From contig CACGTA010000005.1 in NCBI GenBank assembly GCA_902575815.1, positions 2,213 through 66,212 of the forward strand: DNA of 64,000 bases, in the 5' to 3' direction. Positions 45,512-55,433 of the stretch are shown piece after piece; the first letter of the stretch is position 1, and each line of letters begins with the position of its first letter. A program made the translations under genes and the position numbers. This DNA comes from an uncultured Alphaproteobacteria bacterium (lineage in GTDB: Bacteria > Pseudomonadota > Alphaproteobacteria > HIMB59 > GCA-002718135). Under the pieces are notes generated by a model. It was not told the DNA's origin. It searched no databases and saw only the letters and a list, made by a program, of their open reading frames with translations.

Positions 45512-45529
45512 TATTGTTTCGAAATAATA
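45512..45529. promoter_or_regulatory. 18-bp near-perfect palindrome TATTGTTTCGAAATAATA in the divergent GMC/SBP promoter region
   Basis: 8 of 9 mirrored pairs around a TTCGAA core, read directly from the sequence. Confidence 0.25.
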
Positions 45530-45598
45530 CCAATTTTTTTTGTTGTATTTTTTAATATGCCGTGTGATGATGAAATTTAATAAATATTGGGAGAGAAT

Positions 45599-46906
45599 AT
45601 GAAAAATAAAATTAAATACCTTCTAAGTTTAGTTGTTACTTTTGCTGCCTTTGGTAGCGTAAGTGCAGGTGAATTAACAGTAGCTACTGTTAACAACGGA
45701 CATATGATTGTCATGCAAGAACTAACTAAACATTTTGAAGAGGATAATCCAGGTATAACTGTTAACTGGGTAACACTTGATGAAGGCACACTTCGTCAAA
45801 GAGTTACAACTGATATCACTACAAAAGGTGGTCAGTTTGATATAATGACTATCGGGATGTACGAAGCTCCAATTTGGGGAGCAAAAGATTGGCTAGAAGT
45901 TCTAGACTTTGATTCTTCATATGACGTTGATGATATTCTGCCTGCAATGAGAGGTGGTTTATCTGCTAATGGTAATTTATATGCAGCTCCATTTTATGGT
46001 GAAAGTTCTATGATCATGTATAGAAAAGATCTTGTAGCAAATGCAGGAATGTCAATTCCAGATAACCCTACGTGGGGACATATAGTTGATGTTGTTGATG
46101 CTATTCATGATCCTGATAATGGTGTTTATGGAATATGTGTACGTGGTAAACCAGGTTGGGGTGAGAACATGGCTTTCATTACAACTGTGGCAAATTCATT
46201 TGGCGCTAGATGGTTTGATGAAAATTGGAAACCTCAATTAGATACTGCTGCTTGGCATCATGCGGTTTCATTTTATGTTGATTTATTAAGTACTTATGGA
46301 CCTCCAGGATCAGAGGCAAATAGTTGGAACCAAATTATGCCTTTATTCAATGAAGGAAAATGTGGAATGTGGATTGATGCTACTATTTCAGCATCTTTTT
46401 TAACAAATCCTGAAATTTCTAAAGTACATGATCAAGTTGCTTATGCACAATCACCTGTTGCAGTTACAAACAGAGGGGCAAACTGGCTATGGGCATGGGC
46501 TTTAGCAGTTCCTGCTGGTACTCAACAAAAAGATGATGCAATTAAGTTTGTTCAATGGGCTACTTCAAAAGAATATATTGAATTAGTTGCTGAAAATAAG
46601 GGTTGGGGTAATATTCCTACAGGTACAAGAACTAGTACTTATGAAAACCAAAACTTTTTGAATGCCGCTAATTTTGCTGATGCAGAATTAAAAGCTATAT
46701 TGTCAGCTAACCCTGAAAATAGTACACAAGACCCAACACCTTACGTTGGTGTACAATTTGCTGCTATTCCAGAGTTCCAAGCAATTGGTCAAGCTGTAGG
46801 TCAACATATTAGTGAAGCCCTAGCAGGTCAAACTACAGTTGAGAAAGCATTAGCAGCAGCTCAGAAAGCGGCTGATCGTGAAATGAAAAAAGGCGGATAT
46901 TACTAG
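45599..46906 (+). CDS. ABC transporter substrate-binding protein (family 1 sugar/polyol type, SmoE-like)
   Basis: Signal peptide. The family-1 SBP pattern is MIVMQ..., YAAPFYGESSMIMYRKDL, WAWALAVPAG. SD GGGAGAG precedes the ATG at 45599. Confidence 0.8.
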   Translation: MKNKIKYLLSLVVTFAAFGSVSAGELTVATVNNGHMIVMQELTKHFEEDNPGITVNWVTLDEGTLRQRVTTDITTKGGQFDIMTIGMYEAPIWGAKDWLEVLDFDSSYDVDDILPAMRGGLSANGNLYAAPFYGESSMIMYRKDLVANAGMSIPDNPTWGHIVDVVDAIHDPDNGVYGICVRGKPGWGENMAFITTVANSFGARWFDENWKPQLDTAAWHHAVSFYVDLLSTYGPPGSEANSWNQIMPLFNEGKCGMWIDATISASFLTNPEISKVHDQVAYAQSPVAVTNRGANWLWAWALAVPAGTQQKDDAIKFVQWATSKEYIELVAENKGWGNIPTGTRTSTYENQNFLNAANFADAELKAILSANPENSTQDPTPYVGVQFAAIPEFQAIGQAVGQHISEALAGQTTVEKALAAAQKAADREMKKGGYY

Positions 46907-46927
46907 AGTTTTATTTGTCTAATTATT

Positions 46928-46960
46928 CTGGAGGTTTATAAATAAACCTCCAGATTTTTT
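46928..46960 (+). terminator. Strong intercistronic hairpin plus T-tract between the SBP and permease genes
   Basis: CTGGAGGTTTAT-AA-ATAAACCTCCAG, with 12-nt arms, followed by ATTTTTT. It ends 3 nt before the permease ATG. Confidence 0.7.
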
Positions 46961-46962
46961 AT

Positions 46963-47823
46963 ATGTCAAACTTAACTAGAAGATTATTACTAACACCTAG
47001 CGTTATTTCATTACTTTTATGGATGATTGTACCATTAGGAATGACGTTGTATTTTTCTTTCATGAGATATAATCTTTTATATCCAGAAAGATTTGGTTTT
47101 ACTGGTTTATTAAATTATGAATTCTTTCTAACAGATCCGGCTATATGGCCATCTGTTTTAAATACTTTACTGTTAGTTGGCTTTGTCGTTATAATTACTT
47201 GCATTTTAGGAATTACATTTGCAGTTTTGCTTCAATCACCTTTTAGAGGAAGAGGTATAGCAAGAGTCATGCTCATATCTCCTTTTTTCATTATGCCAAC
47301 AGTTAATGCGTTAATTTGGGAGAATCTTTTTTTAAATCCCGTGTACGGTCTTTTTGCCTTCATTAGCACTTCTTTAGGTCTACCAGTTATAGAATGGTTA
47401 TCAGAATTACCTTTATTTTCTATTATTATGATGGTTACTTGGCAATGGACACCTTTTGCACTTTTAATTTTTATGACCTCACTGCAATCAATTGATAAAG
47501 AACAAATAGAAGCAGCTGAAATTGATGGCGCATCAGAATGGAATAAGTTTGTTTATTTAACAATACCTCACTTGTTAAGACCAATAGCAATAGTAGTAAT
47601 GATACAAACAATATTTCACTTATCACTATTTGCAGAAATATTTGTCACTACTTCAGGTGGACCTGGATACCAAAGTACAAACGTAGCATTTTTAATCTTT
47701 GCACAAGCTCTTATGCAATTTGATGCTGGAATAGCATCTGCTGGAGGAGTTTTTGCAATAATCTTGGCTAATGTTGTGGCAATTTTTTTAATAAGACAAG
47801 TAGGGAAATCTTTGATGTTATAA
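46963..47823 (+). CDS. Sugar/polyol ABC transporter permease (MalF/SmoF-like)
   Basis: 6 TM helices and the EAA loop IEAAEIDGASEWNKF. Confidence 0.85.
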   Translation: MSNLTRRLLLTPSVISLLLWMIVPLGMTLYFSFMRYNLLYPERFGFTGLLNYEFFLTDPAIWPSVLNTLLLVGFVVIITCILGITFAVLLQSPFRGRGIARVMLISPFFIMPTVNALIWENLFLNPVYGLFAFISTSLGLPVIEWLSELPLFSIIMMVTWQWTPFALLIFMTSLQSIDKEQIEAAEIDGASEWNKFVYLTIPHLLRPIAIVVMIQTIFHLSLFAEIFVTTSGGPGYQSTNVAFLIFAQALMQFDAGIASAGGVFAIILANVVAIFLIRQVGKSLML

Positions 47824-47826
47824 ATT

Positions 47827-48654
47827 ATGAGTAAATTAGATTTTAAAAATTTTTTTGACCTTAGGGTTACAATAATTTGGATAATAACTTTAGTTTATTT
47901 TTTTCCAATATTCTGGATGTTCTTAACAAGTATTAAAACAGAAATGCAATCTATTTCAATACCACCATTACTTTTCTTTGAACCAACTCTTGAAAATTTT
48001 TTTATAGTTCAAGAAAGAACCAATTATCTAAAATATGCATTTAATTCAATAGTTACTTCTGTGTGCTCAACTATTTTGGGATTATTAATTGCTATACCAG
48101 CAGCCTACTCTTTTGCATTTGCACCTTCAAAATATACAAGAGATATATTACTTTGGATGCTTTCTACCAAAATGATGCCTGCTGTTGGAGTTTTAATGCC
48201 AATTTACTTAATAACTCAAAAATTGGGATTACTTGATACTCAGTTGGCTTTGATAATTATTTTTGCAATGATGAATCTTCCAATAATGATATGGATGTTG
48301 TTTTCTTATTTTAGAGAAATACCTAAAGAAATTTTGGAAGCTGTGAGAATTGATGGTGCCTCTACATATCAGCAAATTAGAAATATTGTTTTGCCTCTTT
48401 CATGGGGAGGTTTAACATCAACAGCATTATTATCTATTGTACTTAGTTGGAATGAAGCATTTTGGTCAATCAATTTAACTGCTGACGATGCTGGTACTTT
48501 AACAGCTTTAGTAGCATCATTTTCGAAACCTGAAGGTTTGTACTGGGCAAAATTATCTGCGGTTTCTGTAATGTCCTGTGGACCAATAATAGTACTGGGA
48601 TGGTTTACACAAAAACAATTAGTCAGAGGTCTTACCTTTGGTGCTGTAAAATAA
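47827..48654 (+). CDS. Sugar/polyol ABC transporter permease (MalG/SmoG-like)
   Basis: 6 TM helices and the EAA loop LEAVRIDGASTYQQI. Confidence 0.85.
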   Translation: MSKLDFKNFFDLRVTIIWIITLVYFFPIFWMFLTSIKTEMQSISIPPLLFFEPTLENFFIVQERTNYLKYAFNSIVTSVCSTILGLLIAIPAAYSFAFAPSKYTRDILLWMLSTKMMPAVGVLMPIYLITQKLGLLDTQLALIIIFAMMNLPIMIWMLFSYFREIPKEILEAVRIDGASTYQQIRNIVLPLSWGGLTSTALLSIVLSWNEAFWSINLTADDAGTLTALVASFSKPEGLYWAKLSAVSVMSCGPIIVLGWFTQKQLVRGLTFGAVK

Positions 48655-50057
48655 TGCAAGATGTTGAATTAAAAAAATCTAGTTATAATAGAAATGAATG
48701 TTTAGCTGGGATTGCACATATTGGTGTAGGAAATTTTCATAGAGCACATCAAGCTTTGTATGTAGATAAATATCTTAATTCGACTGAAGATAAAAAATGG
48801 GGTATTATAGGTATAAATTTAAGAAAATCTGAAAGAGAAAATTTTAATAATCTTAGAGAAAGAAAAAGTAAATATATTTTAAAAACTATTTCTACTGATG
48901 GTGTTGAAGAATATCAAGAGATACAATCAATATTTTCATTATATGATTGGAGTGCAAATGATATTGAGGCAGAGTTAGTTTTAAGTGATCCAAGTATCAA
49001 GATTGTAACTATGACAGTTACTGAAACAGGTTATTATATAAATGCTGAAGGAGAAATTAATTCAGATTTAGAAATTATAAAAGATAACGTAAATAAAAAA
49101 GAAAAATCAATAATTTTTTCATTTCTGCATAATGCATTAAATTTAAGAAGGGAAAAATGTAATAAACCAATAACCCTATTATGTTGTGATAATATTAGAG
49201 AAAATGGTAAAATGCTTGAGAAATCACTCATTTCTTATTTAAAACTTTGTAATGATATAGAGTTAATAAATTGGATCGAAACTAATGTGACATTCCCCTC
49301 TTGCATGGTTGATAGAATTACCCCAAGATCGCCTAAAAACTTAGCAAATGAAATTAGTGAGAAATTTAAAATAAATGAGAAATCTTCCGTTATGGCAGAG
49401 CCATTTATTCAATGGGTTATTGAAGATAAATTTATTGATGAAAGACCTAAGTTAGAAAAAGTTGGTGTTGAGTTTGTAACAAATATTATACCTTATGAAG
49501 AAGCAAAAATTAGAATTTTAAATGCAGGTCATTTAGTTTTAAGTTATTTTGGTGTTCTCAACAATTATAAAACATACGACCAAACAATTAAGGATGAGCA
49601 ACTTAAAGAATTTTTTTTTAACTTTCAAAGATTAGAAGCTATACCAGCTCTTGGAAATGATATACCTTTTGATTTAGAGGAATATATGCTTGTAATATTT
49701 AATAGATTTAATAATGAAAATATAGCTGATAAACATGAGAGATTAGTGATGGATGGGTCAAGTAAATTTCCTTTATTTGTATTACCAACAATTCAAAGAT
49801 GTTTTGATTTAAAAAAAATTCCGAATCATTGTATTGATGCAATAGCAAGCTGGTATATTTTTATGAAAAAAATTTACAATAAAGAACTCTTGTTTGATTA
49901 TTATGAACCACAATGGGAGATGCTTAAAAAACTTTTACCAGATAAAAAGATTGATGAATTTATAAATAATAAACAATTATGGGGTAAAATGGTAAATAAT
50001 GAAATTTTTACAAAATCATTAAAAAATAAAATTTTAGAATTAATCGGAAAATATTAA
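48654..50057 (+). CDS. Mannitol dehydrogenase family polyol dehydrogenase (mannitol 2-dehydrogenase / D-arabinitol 4-dehydrogenase-like)
   Basis: IAHIGVGNFHRAHQALY N-terminus, CDNIRENG and VDRITP motifs. The ATG at 48654 overlaps the permease stop (TAATG). Confidence 0.8.
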   Translation: MQDVELKKSSYNRNECLAGIAHIGVGNFHRAHQALYVDKYLNSTEDKKWGIIGINLRKSERENFNNLRERKSKYILKTISTDGVEEYQEIQSIFSLYDWSANDIEAELVLSDPSIKIVTMTVTETGYYINAEGEINSDLEIIKDNVNKKEKSIIFSFLHNALNLRREKCNKPITLLCCDNIRENGKMLEKSLISYLKLCNDIELINWIETNVTFPSCMVDRITPRSPKNLANEISEKFKINEKSSVMAEPFIQWVIEDKFIDERPKLEKVGVEFVTNIIPYEEAKIRILNAGHLVLSYFGVLNNYKTYDQTIKDEQLKEFFFNFQRLEAIPALGNDIPFDLEEYMLVIFNRFNNENIADKHERLVMDGSSKFPLFVLPTIQRCFDLKKIPNHCIDAIASWYIFMKKIYNKELLFDYYEPQWEMLKKLLPDKKIDEFINNKQLWGKMVNNEIFTKSLKNKILELIGKY

Positions 50058-50068
50058 GTATTAAAATT

Positions 50069-51667
50069 ATGAGTAGTTATGATTTTATAATTGTTGGTGG
50101 TGGTTCATCAGGATCTGTAACAACAAGTAAATTAGTTAAAAAAGGCTATAAGGTTTTATTAATTGAAGAAGGAAGTAGGAGTAATAGTATTTTTTTTCCT
50201 ATGCCTGGATATTGGATTAAGAGATTAGAGGGTAGTAGACATTTAAAATTTTATAAATCTGTTCCACAAAAACAATTAAACAATAGACAGCATGATATTG
50301 CTCAAGCAAAAATTTTAGGTGGGGGATCAAGTGTTAATGGAATGGTTTACATGAGAGGTAAGCCATCTGATTATAATAGGTGGGAAGATAGCACTGGTGA
50401 TAAAAATTGGAATTGGAATTCAATTAAAAAAAATTTTATTAATTTAGAAAATAATCAGAGATTAAATAACGAGCACCATGGAATTGGTGGGCCTATTGAT
50501 GTATCGTACTCAAGCTACGTAGCAAAAGGTTCTGAATTATATATCAAAACGATGCAAGAATTAGGTGTTCCCTATAATAATGACTTTAATGATGGAGAAC
50601 AACATGGAGTAGGAGTAATGCAATATACAATTGGAAATAGCCAAAGATGTGATGTTGTTAAAGCCTTAATAAAACCTTTAGAAAAAAGAGAGAACTTAAA
50701 AATTAAATTAAATAGTTTAGTAACAAAAATTATAATTGAAAATAATAAAGCTATAGGAGTAGAGGTTTTACATAATGGCAAAATCCAAAAATTTTTTGGA
50801 GATGAAATTATAATTACAGCAGGTGCATTAATCACACCAAAAATTTTAATGCATTCGGGTATTGGCGATAATCAATTGTTAAATAAATTCGATATAAAAA
50901 CAAAAGTGGATTTAAAAGGTGTTGGTAAAAATCTTCAAGATCATCATGAAGTTCCTATCGTGACAAAAACAAAACCAGGTTATGGTTATTATGGTCAAGA
51001 TAAAGGGATTAAAATGCTTTTAAATGGGCTCCAATATGTTTTGTTTAAATCTGGTCCGGTAAATTCAATTGGAGTAGATAGTTGTTCATTTATAAATCCA
51101 GAAAATTTACAAGATACCTTCGATCCAAAAATTAAACTTTATTGTGTCCCATTAATGTATACTGATAGAGATACAAAAGGTGTAAAACCTGATCACGGCT
51201 TGACACTAACCCCCTGTATTATGAATCCAAAATCAAGAGGACAAGTAACAATTGAGTCTTCTAATCCAAAAGATAGACCTTTAGTAAATCCTAATTTTTT
51301 AAGTAATGAAGATGATTTAAAGCTTATACTTAGCGCTGTAAAATTTGCTAGAAGAGTTTTAAAAACAAAACCTTTATCTGATATAATTATAAATGAATAT
51401 TTACCTGGTAAGGAAATAGATAATGATGATGAATTAATTAAATATTGTAAGAAAATGATTAAGACCAATTGGCATCCAGTTGGAACATGTAGAATGGGTC
51501 GGGATGATGATAGTATGGCTGTTTTAAATTCTAGACTTCAAGTAAAGGGAGTAAGAAATTTAAGAGTTTTTGATGTATCTATGATGCCAAACATAGTTGC
51601 TGCAAATACAAATGGTCCTGCTATGGCAATAGCAGATAAAGCAACAGATATTATGTTAGAAGACTAG
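50069..51667 (+). CDS. GMC family FAD oxidoreductase, paralog 2
   Basis: IIVGGGSSGS, GGGSSVNGMVYMRG, HPVGTCRMG. Confidence 0.85.
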   Translation: MSSYDFIIVGGGSSGSVTTSKLVKKGYKVLLIEEGSRSNSIFFPMPGYWIKRLEGSRHLKFYKSVPQKQLNNRQHDIAQAKILGGGSSVNGMVYMRGKPSDYNRWEDSTGDKNWNWNSIKKNFINLENNQRLNNEHHGIGGPIDVSYSSYVAKGSELYIKTMQELGVPYNNDFNDGEQHGVGVMQYTIGNSQRCDVVKALIKPLEKRENLKIKLNSLVTKIIIENNKAIGVEVLHNGKIQKFFGDEIIITAGALITPKILMHSGIGDNQLLNKFDIKTKVDLKGVGKNLQDHHEVPIVTKTKPGYGYYGQDKGIKMLLNGLQYVLFKSGPVNSIGVDSCSFINPENLQDTFDPKIKLYCVPLMYTDRDTKGVKPDHGLTLTPCIMNPKSRGQVTIESSNPKDRPLVNPNFLSNEDDLKLILSAVKFARRVLKTKPLSDIIINEYLPGKEIDNDDELIKYCKKMIKTNWHPVGTCRMGRDDDSMAVLNSRLQVKGVRNLRVFDVSMMPNIVAANTNGPAMAIADKATDIMLED

Positions 51668-53132
51668 AAGCGATTTTTTTGTTTGATTGGTATATATCTT
51701 TCCAAACCTTATATCTCTTTAAAAGCAATTCGATTTTTTCTTCTTGTGGTTTAAATTTTCTACTAACTACAATATCTTTAATTATATTTTTATTAGGAAC
51801 ATCTTTATCAACATACATTGCTAATCTTGAGACTCCTAATGCTGCTCCGTATTCACTCTGATCACAAACACTAAGTTTTCTTTTTAATATCGTAGATAAA
51901 AGTTTTATCCAAAATAAACTTTTTGACCCTCCACCAACCATAAAAATATTTTCAAAGTTTTTATTAACTTTCAATATTGAGTTTACTCCATCTAAAATTC
52001 CAAAACTTACACCTTCAATTACTGCATACTGTAAAACTGTTGAATTAGTTGTGGTCTTAATTGAATGAAATGAACCCCTAATATATGGATTATTATGAGG
52101 TGTTCTTTCTCCAGATAAATATGGCAAAAAATAGGAAGAGTTATTTACTAAGTTGTTATCTGAATAGAAATTCTCTACATTATTAAGTGTATCAGCAATT
52201 GAAGTATTAGTAACGGCACAAATCCAATCTAAACAATTACTAGCACTTAACATTACAGACATTAGATGCCATTTGTTTGGTAAACAATGACAAAATGAAT
52301 GCACAGCATCCCCAATGTTACTCAAAGAATTTTTTGTAGGAGTAAAAAAAACTCCTGATGTTCCTAGGGATATAAATGATTGATTTTCATTGATAATACC
52401 CATTCCAGTTGCTGCAGCTGCGTTATCACCTGCTCCACCAACAACTTTAATTTCATTAATAAAATTGAATCTGTCTTTAAAATCTCTTTTTAAAATTCCA
52501 GTCTCCTCATTTCCTTCTACAAGAGTTGGCATATGTTTCTCTTCCAAATGTGAGCAAGATAAAAGTTGATTAGACCATTTTCTTTTTTTTACATCCAACC
52601 ATAATGTTCCTGAGGCATCTGACATTTCAGAAAAAAATTCACCAGTTAGAACAAATCTTAAGTAATCTTTAGGTAGTAAAACTTTAAAAATTTTTTTAAA
52701 ATTATCTATTTCATTGTTTTTTATCCAATTGATTTTTGGTGCAGTAAAACCAGGCATGGTAATATTCCCTGAAATTGATCGTACATCAAAGCTTTGTTTT
52801 TCAAATTCTTCACATTCTTGATGTGATCTTGTATCATTCCAAAGAATACATGGTCTAATTACATTCCCATCCTTATCTATTAAAGTAGCCCCATGCATAT
52901 GACCTGATATACCTATAGAAATAGTTTGCGAAAACTCTTTTGGTTTTTTTAACTTTAAAGCTTCAAAGCATTCCATTGTTGAATTAATCCATTCTTGTGG
53001 ATTTTGTTCACTAAAACCATCTTTTGGAGATTGTACAGTGAGAGTTGAGTTAGCTGTGGCAAGGATTTTTTGGTTTTGATCAATTAAAATCATTTTAATT
53101 GATGAAGTTCCAAGATCAATTCCAATAAACAT
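51651..53132 (-). CDS. xylB: Xylulokinase (FGGY carbohydrate kinase)
   Basis: MFIGIDLGTSSIK, GGAGDNAAAATG, MVGGGSKS. Confidence 0.8.
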   Translation of the reverse strand: MFIGIDLGTSSIKMILIDQNQKILATANSTLTVQSPKDGFSEQNPQEWINSTMECFEALKLKKPKEFSQTISIGISGHMHGATLIDKDGNVIRPCILWNDTRSHQECEEFEKQSFDVRSISGNITMPGFTAPKINWIKNNEIDNFKKIFKVLLPKDYLRFVLTGEFFSEMSDASGTLWLDVKKRKWSNQLLSCSHLEEKHMPTLVEGNEETGILKRDFKDRFNFINEIKVVGGAGDNAAAATGMGIINENQSFISLGTSGVFFTPTKNSLSNIGDAVHSFCHCLPNKWHLMSVMLSASNCLDWICAVTNTSIADTLNNVENFYSDNNLVNNSSYFLPYLSGERTPHNNPYIRGSFHSIKTTTNSTVLQYAVIEGVSFGILDGVNSILKVNKNFENIFMVGGGSKSLFWIKLLSTILKRKLSVCDQSEYGAALGVSRLAMYVDKDVPNKNIIKDIVVSRKFKPQEEKIELLLKRYKVWKDIYQSNKKIASSLLT

Positions 53133-53204
53133 ATTATAAATTTATAACATTAATATTTTAAATGATATAAAGAAATTAAAAATACTTATTTAGTTTCATA
53201 TTTA

Positions 53205-54395
53205 TTAAAGACTTTTAAAAATATTATTATAGAAATCTTTTTTAATATTTTTGTCTGCATCTAAAATTTGCATCATTAAAACTGCAGATAAATCATTAAT
53301 AGGATCAACTAAGAAATACGTAGCTGCATAACCTGACCACCCAAATTCACCAATCACACCATATTTGTTTTGAGGTGTGTTATTCATCAAAACTCTAAAT
53401 CCTAAGCCCCATCCATAACCATCTAAATCATTTTCATAGTTTTCATCTTTAATTGTATTTAATGCTGTTATTTCAATTGGGAATAAGTTTTTACTTAATG
53501 AGTTAGTTCGTATTGATTTCAGAGTTTCTAAATTAATCAAGGGTTTTGCATTTTTATCTTTGCCATCAACTAGCATTTTAGCAAACTTGATATAATCTTC
53601 AGCAGTTGAATATAATCCGTGTCCTCCTCTAGAGAAATTTTTGTTATTTGAAGGATATCCATATAAAATTAGTTTTCTTTTGTCGAAATTTAATTCAGTT
53701 AATTTTGATTTAACACTATTATATTCAAACGTTTCAACTAAATGTTTATTTTTATCTTCACTAATAAAGAAATTTGTTTCATTCATTTCTAAGGGAAAAA
53801 ATATATTTTCTTTTAGAATATTTAATATTTTGTCTTTTGTTACAACTTCAAGAATTCTAGCTAAAATATCAATAGAAATTGAGTAATGCCAGTTTGATCC
53901 AGGTTCATAAAGAAGTGGTAAATCTGATATACTATCAATTTCCTCCTCTAAACTTCGGGAAGATGAATGAAATAACTTATTGTTTTCATAAGCTTCAGCC
54001 AAAAAATTATTGCTGCTGTTATAAGTAAAGCCTGCTGTATGTTGCAAAAGTTGTCTTATAGAAGGAATATTATCAACTTGTTTGGTTTCATCAATTTTAC
54101 TATTTAAAGATTGAAGTTTTTTTAGATTTTTAAATTTTGGTAGGTATTTATCTATAGTATCATCAAGAGACAAAAATTGTTTATCTATTAATTGCATTGC
54201 TGCAAAACCGATAATTGGTTTAGTCATAGACCAAATTCTATAATAAGAATTTTTTTTTAATTTATTCTCACAATTTAAATCATTAAAACCTATAACTTCA
54301 TGATATCTTTTATTTTTATAATTAATTATCCATTCAGCACCATTACATCTTCCAGCATCAATATGTTTTTGAAAATCTAATTTAATATTATCCAT
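53205..54395 (-). CDS. Beta-lactamase-related serine hydrolase (class C / EstB-like)
   Basis: The SxxK motif is in WSMTKPIIG. Length and pattern fit the beta-lactamase/transpeptidase-like fold. No signal peptide is seen. Confidence 0.7.
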   Translation of the reverse strand: MDNIKLDFQKHIDAGRCNGAEWIINYKNKRYHEVIGFNDLNCENKLKKNSYYRIWSMTKPIIGFAAMQLIDKQFLSLDDTIDKYLPKFKNLKKLQSLNSKIDETKQVDNIPSIRQLLQHTAGFTYNSSNNFLAEAYENNKLFHSSSRSLEEEIDSISDLPLLYEPGSNWHYSISIDILARILEVVTKDKILNILKENIFFPLEMNETNFFISEDKNKHLVETFEYNSVKSKLTELNFDKRKLILYGYPSNNKNFSRGGHGLYSTAEDYIKFAKMLVDGKDKNAKPLINLETLKSIRTNSLSKNLFPIEITALNTIKDENYENDLDGYGWGLGFRVLMNNTPQNKYGVIGEFGWSGYAATYFLVDPINDLSAVLMMQILDADKNIKKDFYNNIFKSL

Positions 54396-54401
54396 AAAAA
54401 A

Positions 54402-55400
54402 CTATAGTAAACTTTGTATTTTATCTACGAGACCTGAATTAATATTTCTGGGACCAGTATCTATTCTATTTTTGTGTCGACGCTGTCCTGGTAAACGAAC
54501 ACCGTCTAACGAAGTCATCTGATCAAAAAATTTGTTAGCATGTTCGTTCCAATTTTTACCCGCTATCAGCTCAGGAGATAAAGCCATTATAAACTCTCCC
54601 CCTCGGGCTGGACCTCCATCATTATTATCTTCTTTTTTTGCTTCAAAACTAAACAAATCGCCAACAAGACCTGCTGCCAATAACTCAATCATCATTGCAA
54701 TCGCAGAACCCTTATAATCTCCAAAGGTCAAAAGTACACCACCATTTGCTATTTGATTTGGGTCATCAGTTTTTTCTCCATCTTTATTTAATCCTGTTCC
54801 AAATGGTACTTTATGACCGTCTCTAGCTGCAACCTGAACTTCACCCATGGCCATTGTGGAAGTCGCCATATCATAAACAACGGGAGTATTATTTTTTCTA
54901 GGCCAAGCAAATGATATGGGATTGGTCCCAAATAATGGTTTTTTTGCACCCGCTGGAGCCACGCTAGGCTTATATGCCGTGCAAGCAATTCCAATTAAAT
55001 TATTTTCAGCTAAAGCTTCAGTCTCATGCCACAAAGCGGCAAAATGATGAGTATTCGTAATTGTTAAAACACCTACTCCATGCTTACTTGTAGTTTTTAT
55101 TAATTCAGGCAATCCAACTTTAATAGCTACTGGAGCAAAACCATAGTCTCCGTCAACACGAATTGCATTTTGAGTAAGATAATTATTGGTAGGACGAGAA
55201 ACAGCATTTACTTTTTTACTCTTTAGAGAAGCTACATACCCTGGAATTCTAAATAAACCGTGAGAAACACTTCCGTCTCTCTCTGCATGAGTTACCGTAG
55301 TAGAAACACAGTCAGCGTTAAGATCATCACAGCCATGCTTGGTAAGAGCTTTATAGGCTAAATCATATACTTTTTCTAACTCTAAAGGTATCGTATCCAT
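54402..55400 (-). CDS. Ldh2-family (malate / L-lactate / sulfolactate / Pip2C-reductase type) NAD(P)H oxidoreductase
   Basis: DGSVSHGLFRIPGY, FGTNPISFAWP, ATSTMAMGEV, FGDYKGSAIAMMIELLAG pattern. Confidence 0.75.
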   Translation of the reverse strand: MDTIPLELEKVYDLAYKALTKHGCDDLNADCVSTTVTHAERDGSVSHGLFRIPGYVASLKSKKVNAVSRPTNNYLTQNAIRVDGDYGFAPVAIKVGLPELIKTTSKHGVGVLTITNTHHFAALWHETEALAENNLIGIACTAYKPSVAPAGAKKPLFGTNPISFAWPRKNNTPVVYDMATSTMAMGEVQVAARDGHKVPFGTGLNKDGEKTDDPNQIANGGVLLTFGDYKGSAIAMMIELLAAGLVGDLFSFEAKKEDNNDGGPARGGEFIMALSPELIAGKNWNEHANKFFDQMTSLDGVRLPGQRRHKNRIDTGPRNINSGLVDKIQSLL

Positions 55401-55433
55401 TTACTTTTATTTAATAATTTATATTATAAAGTT

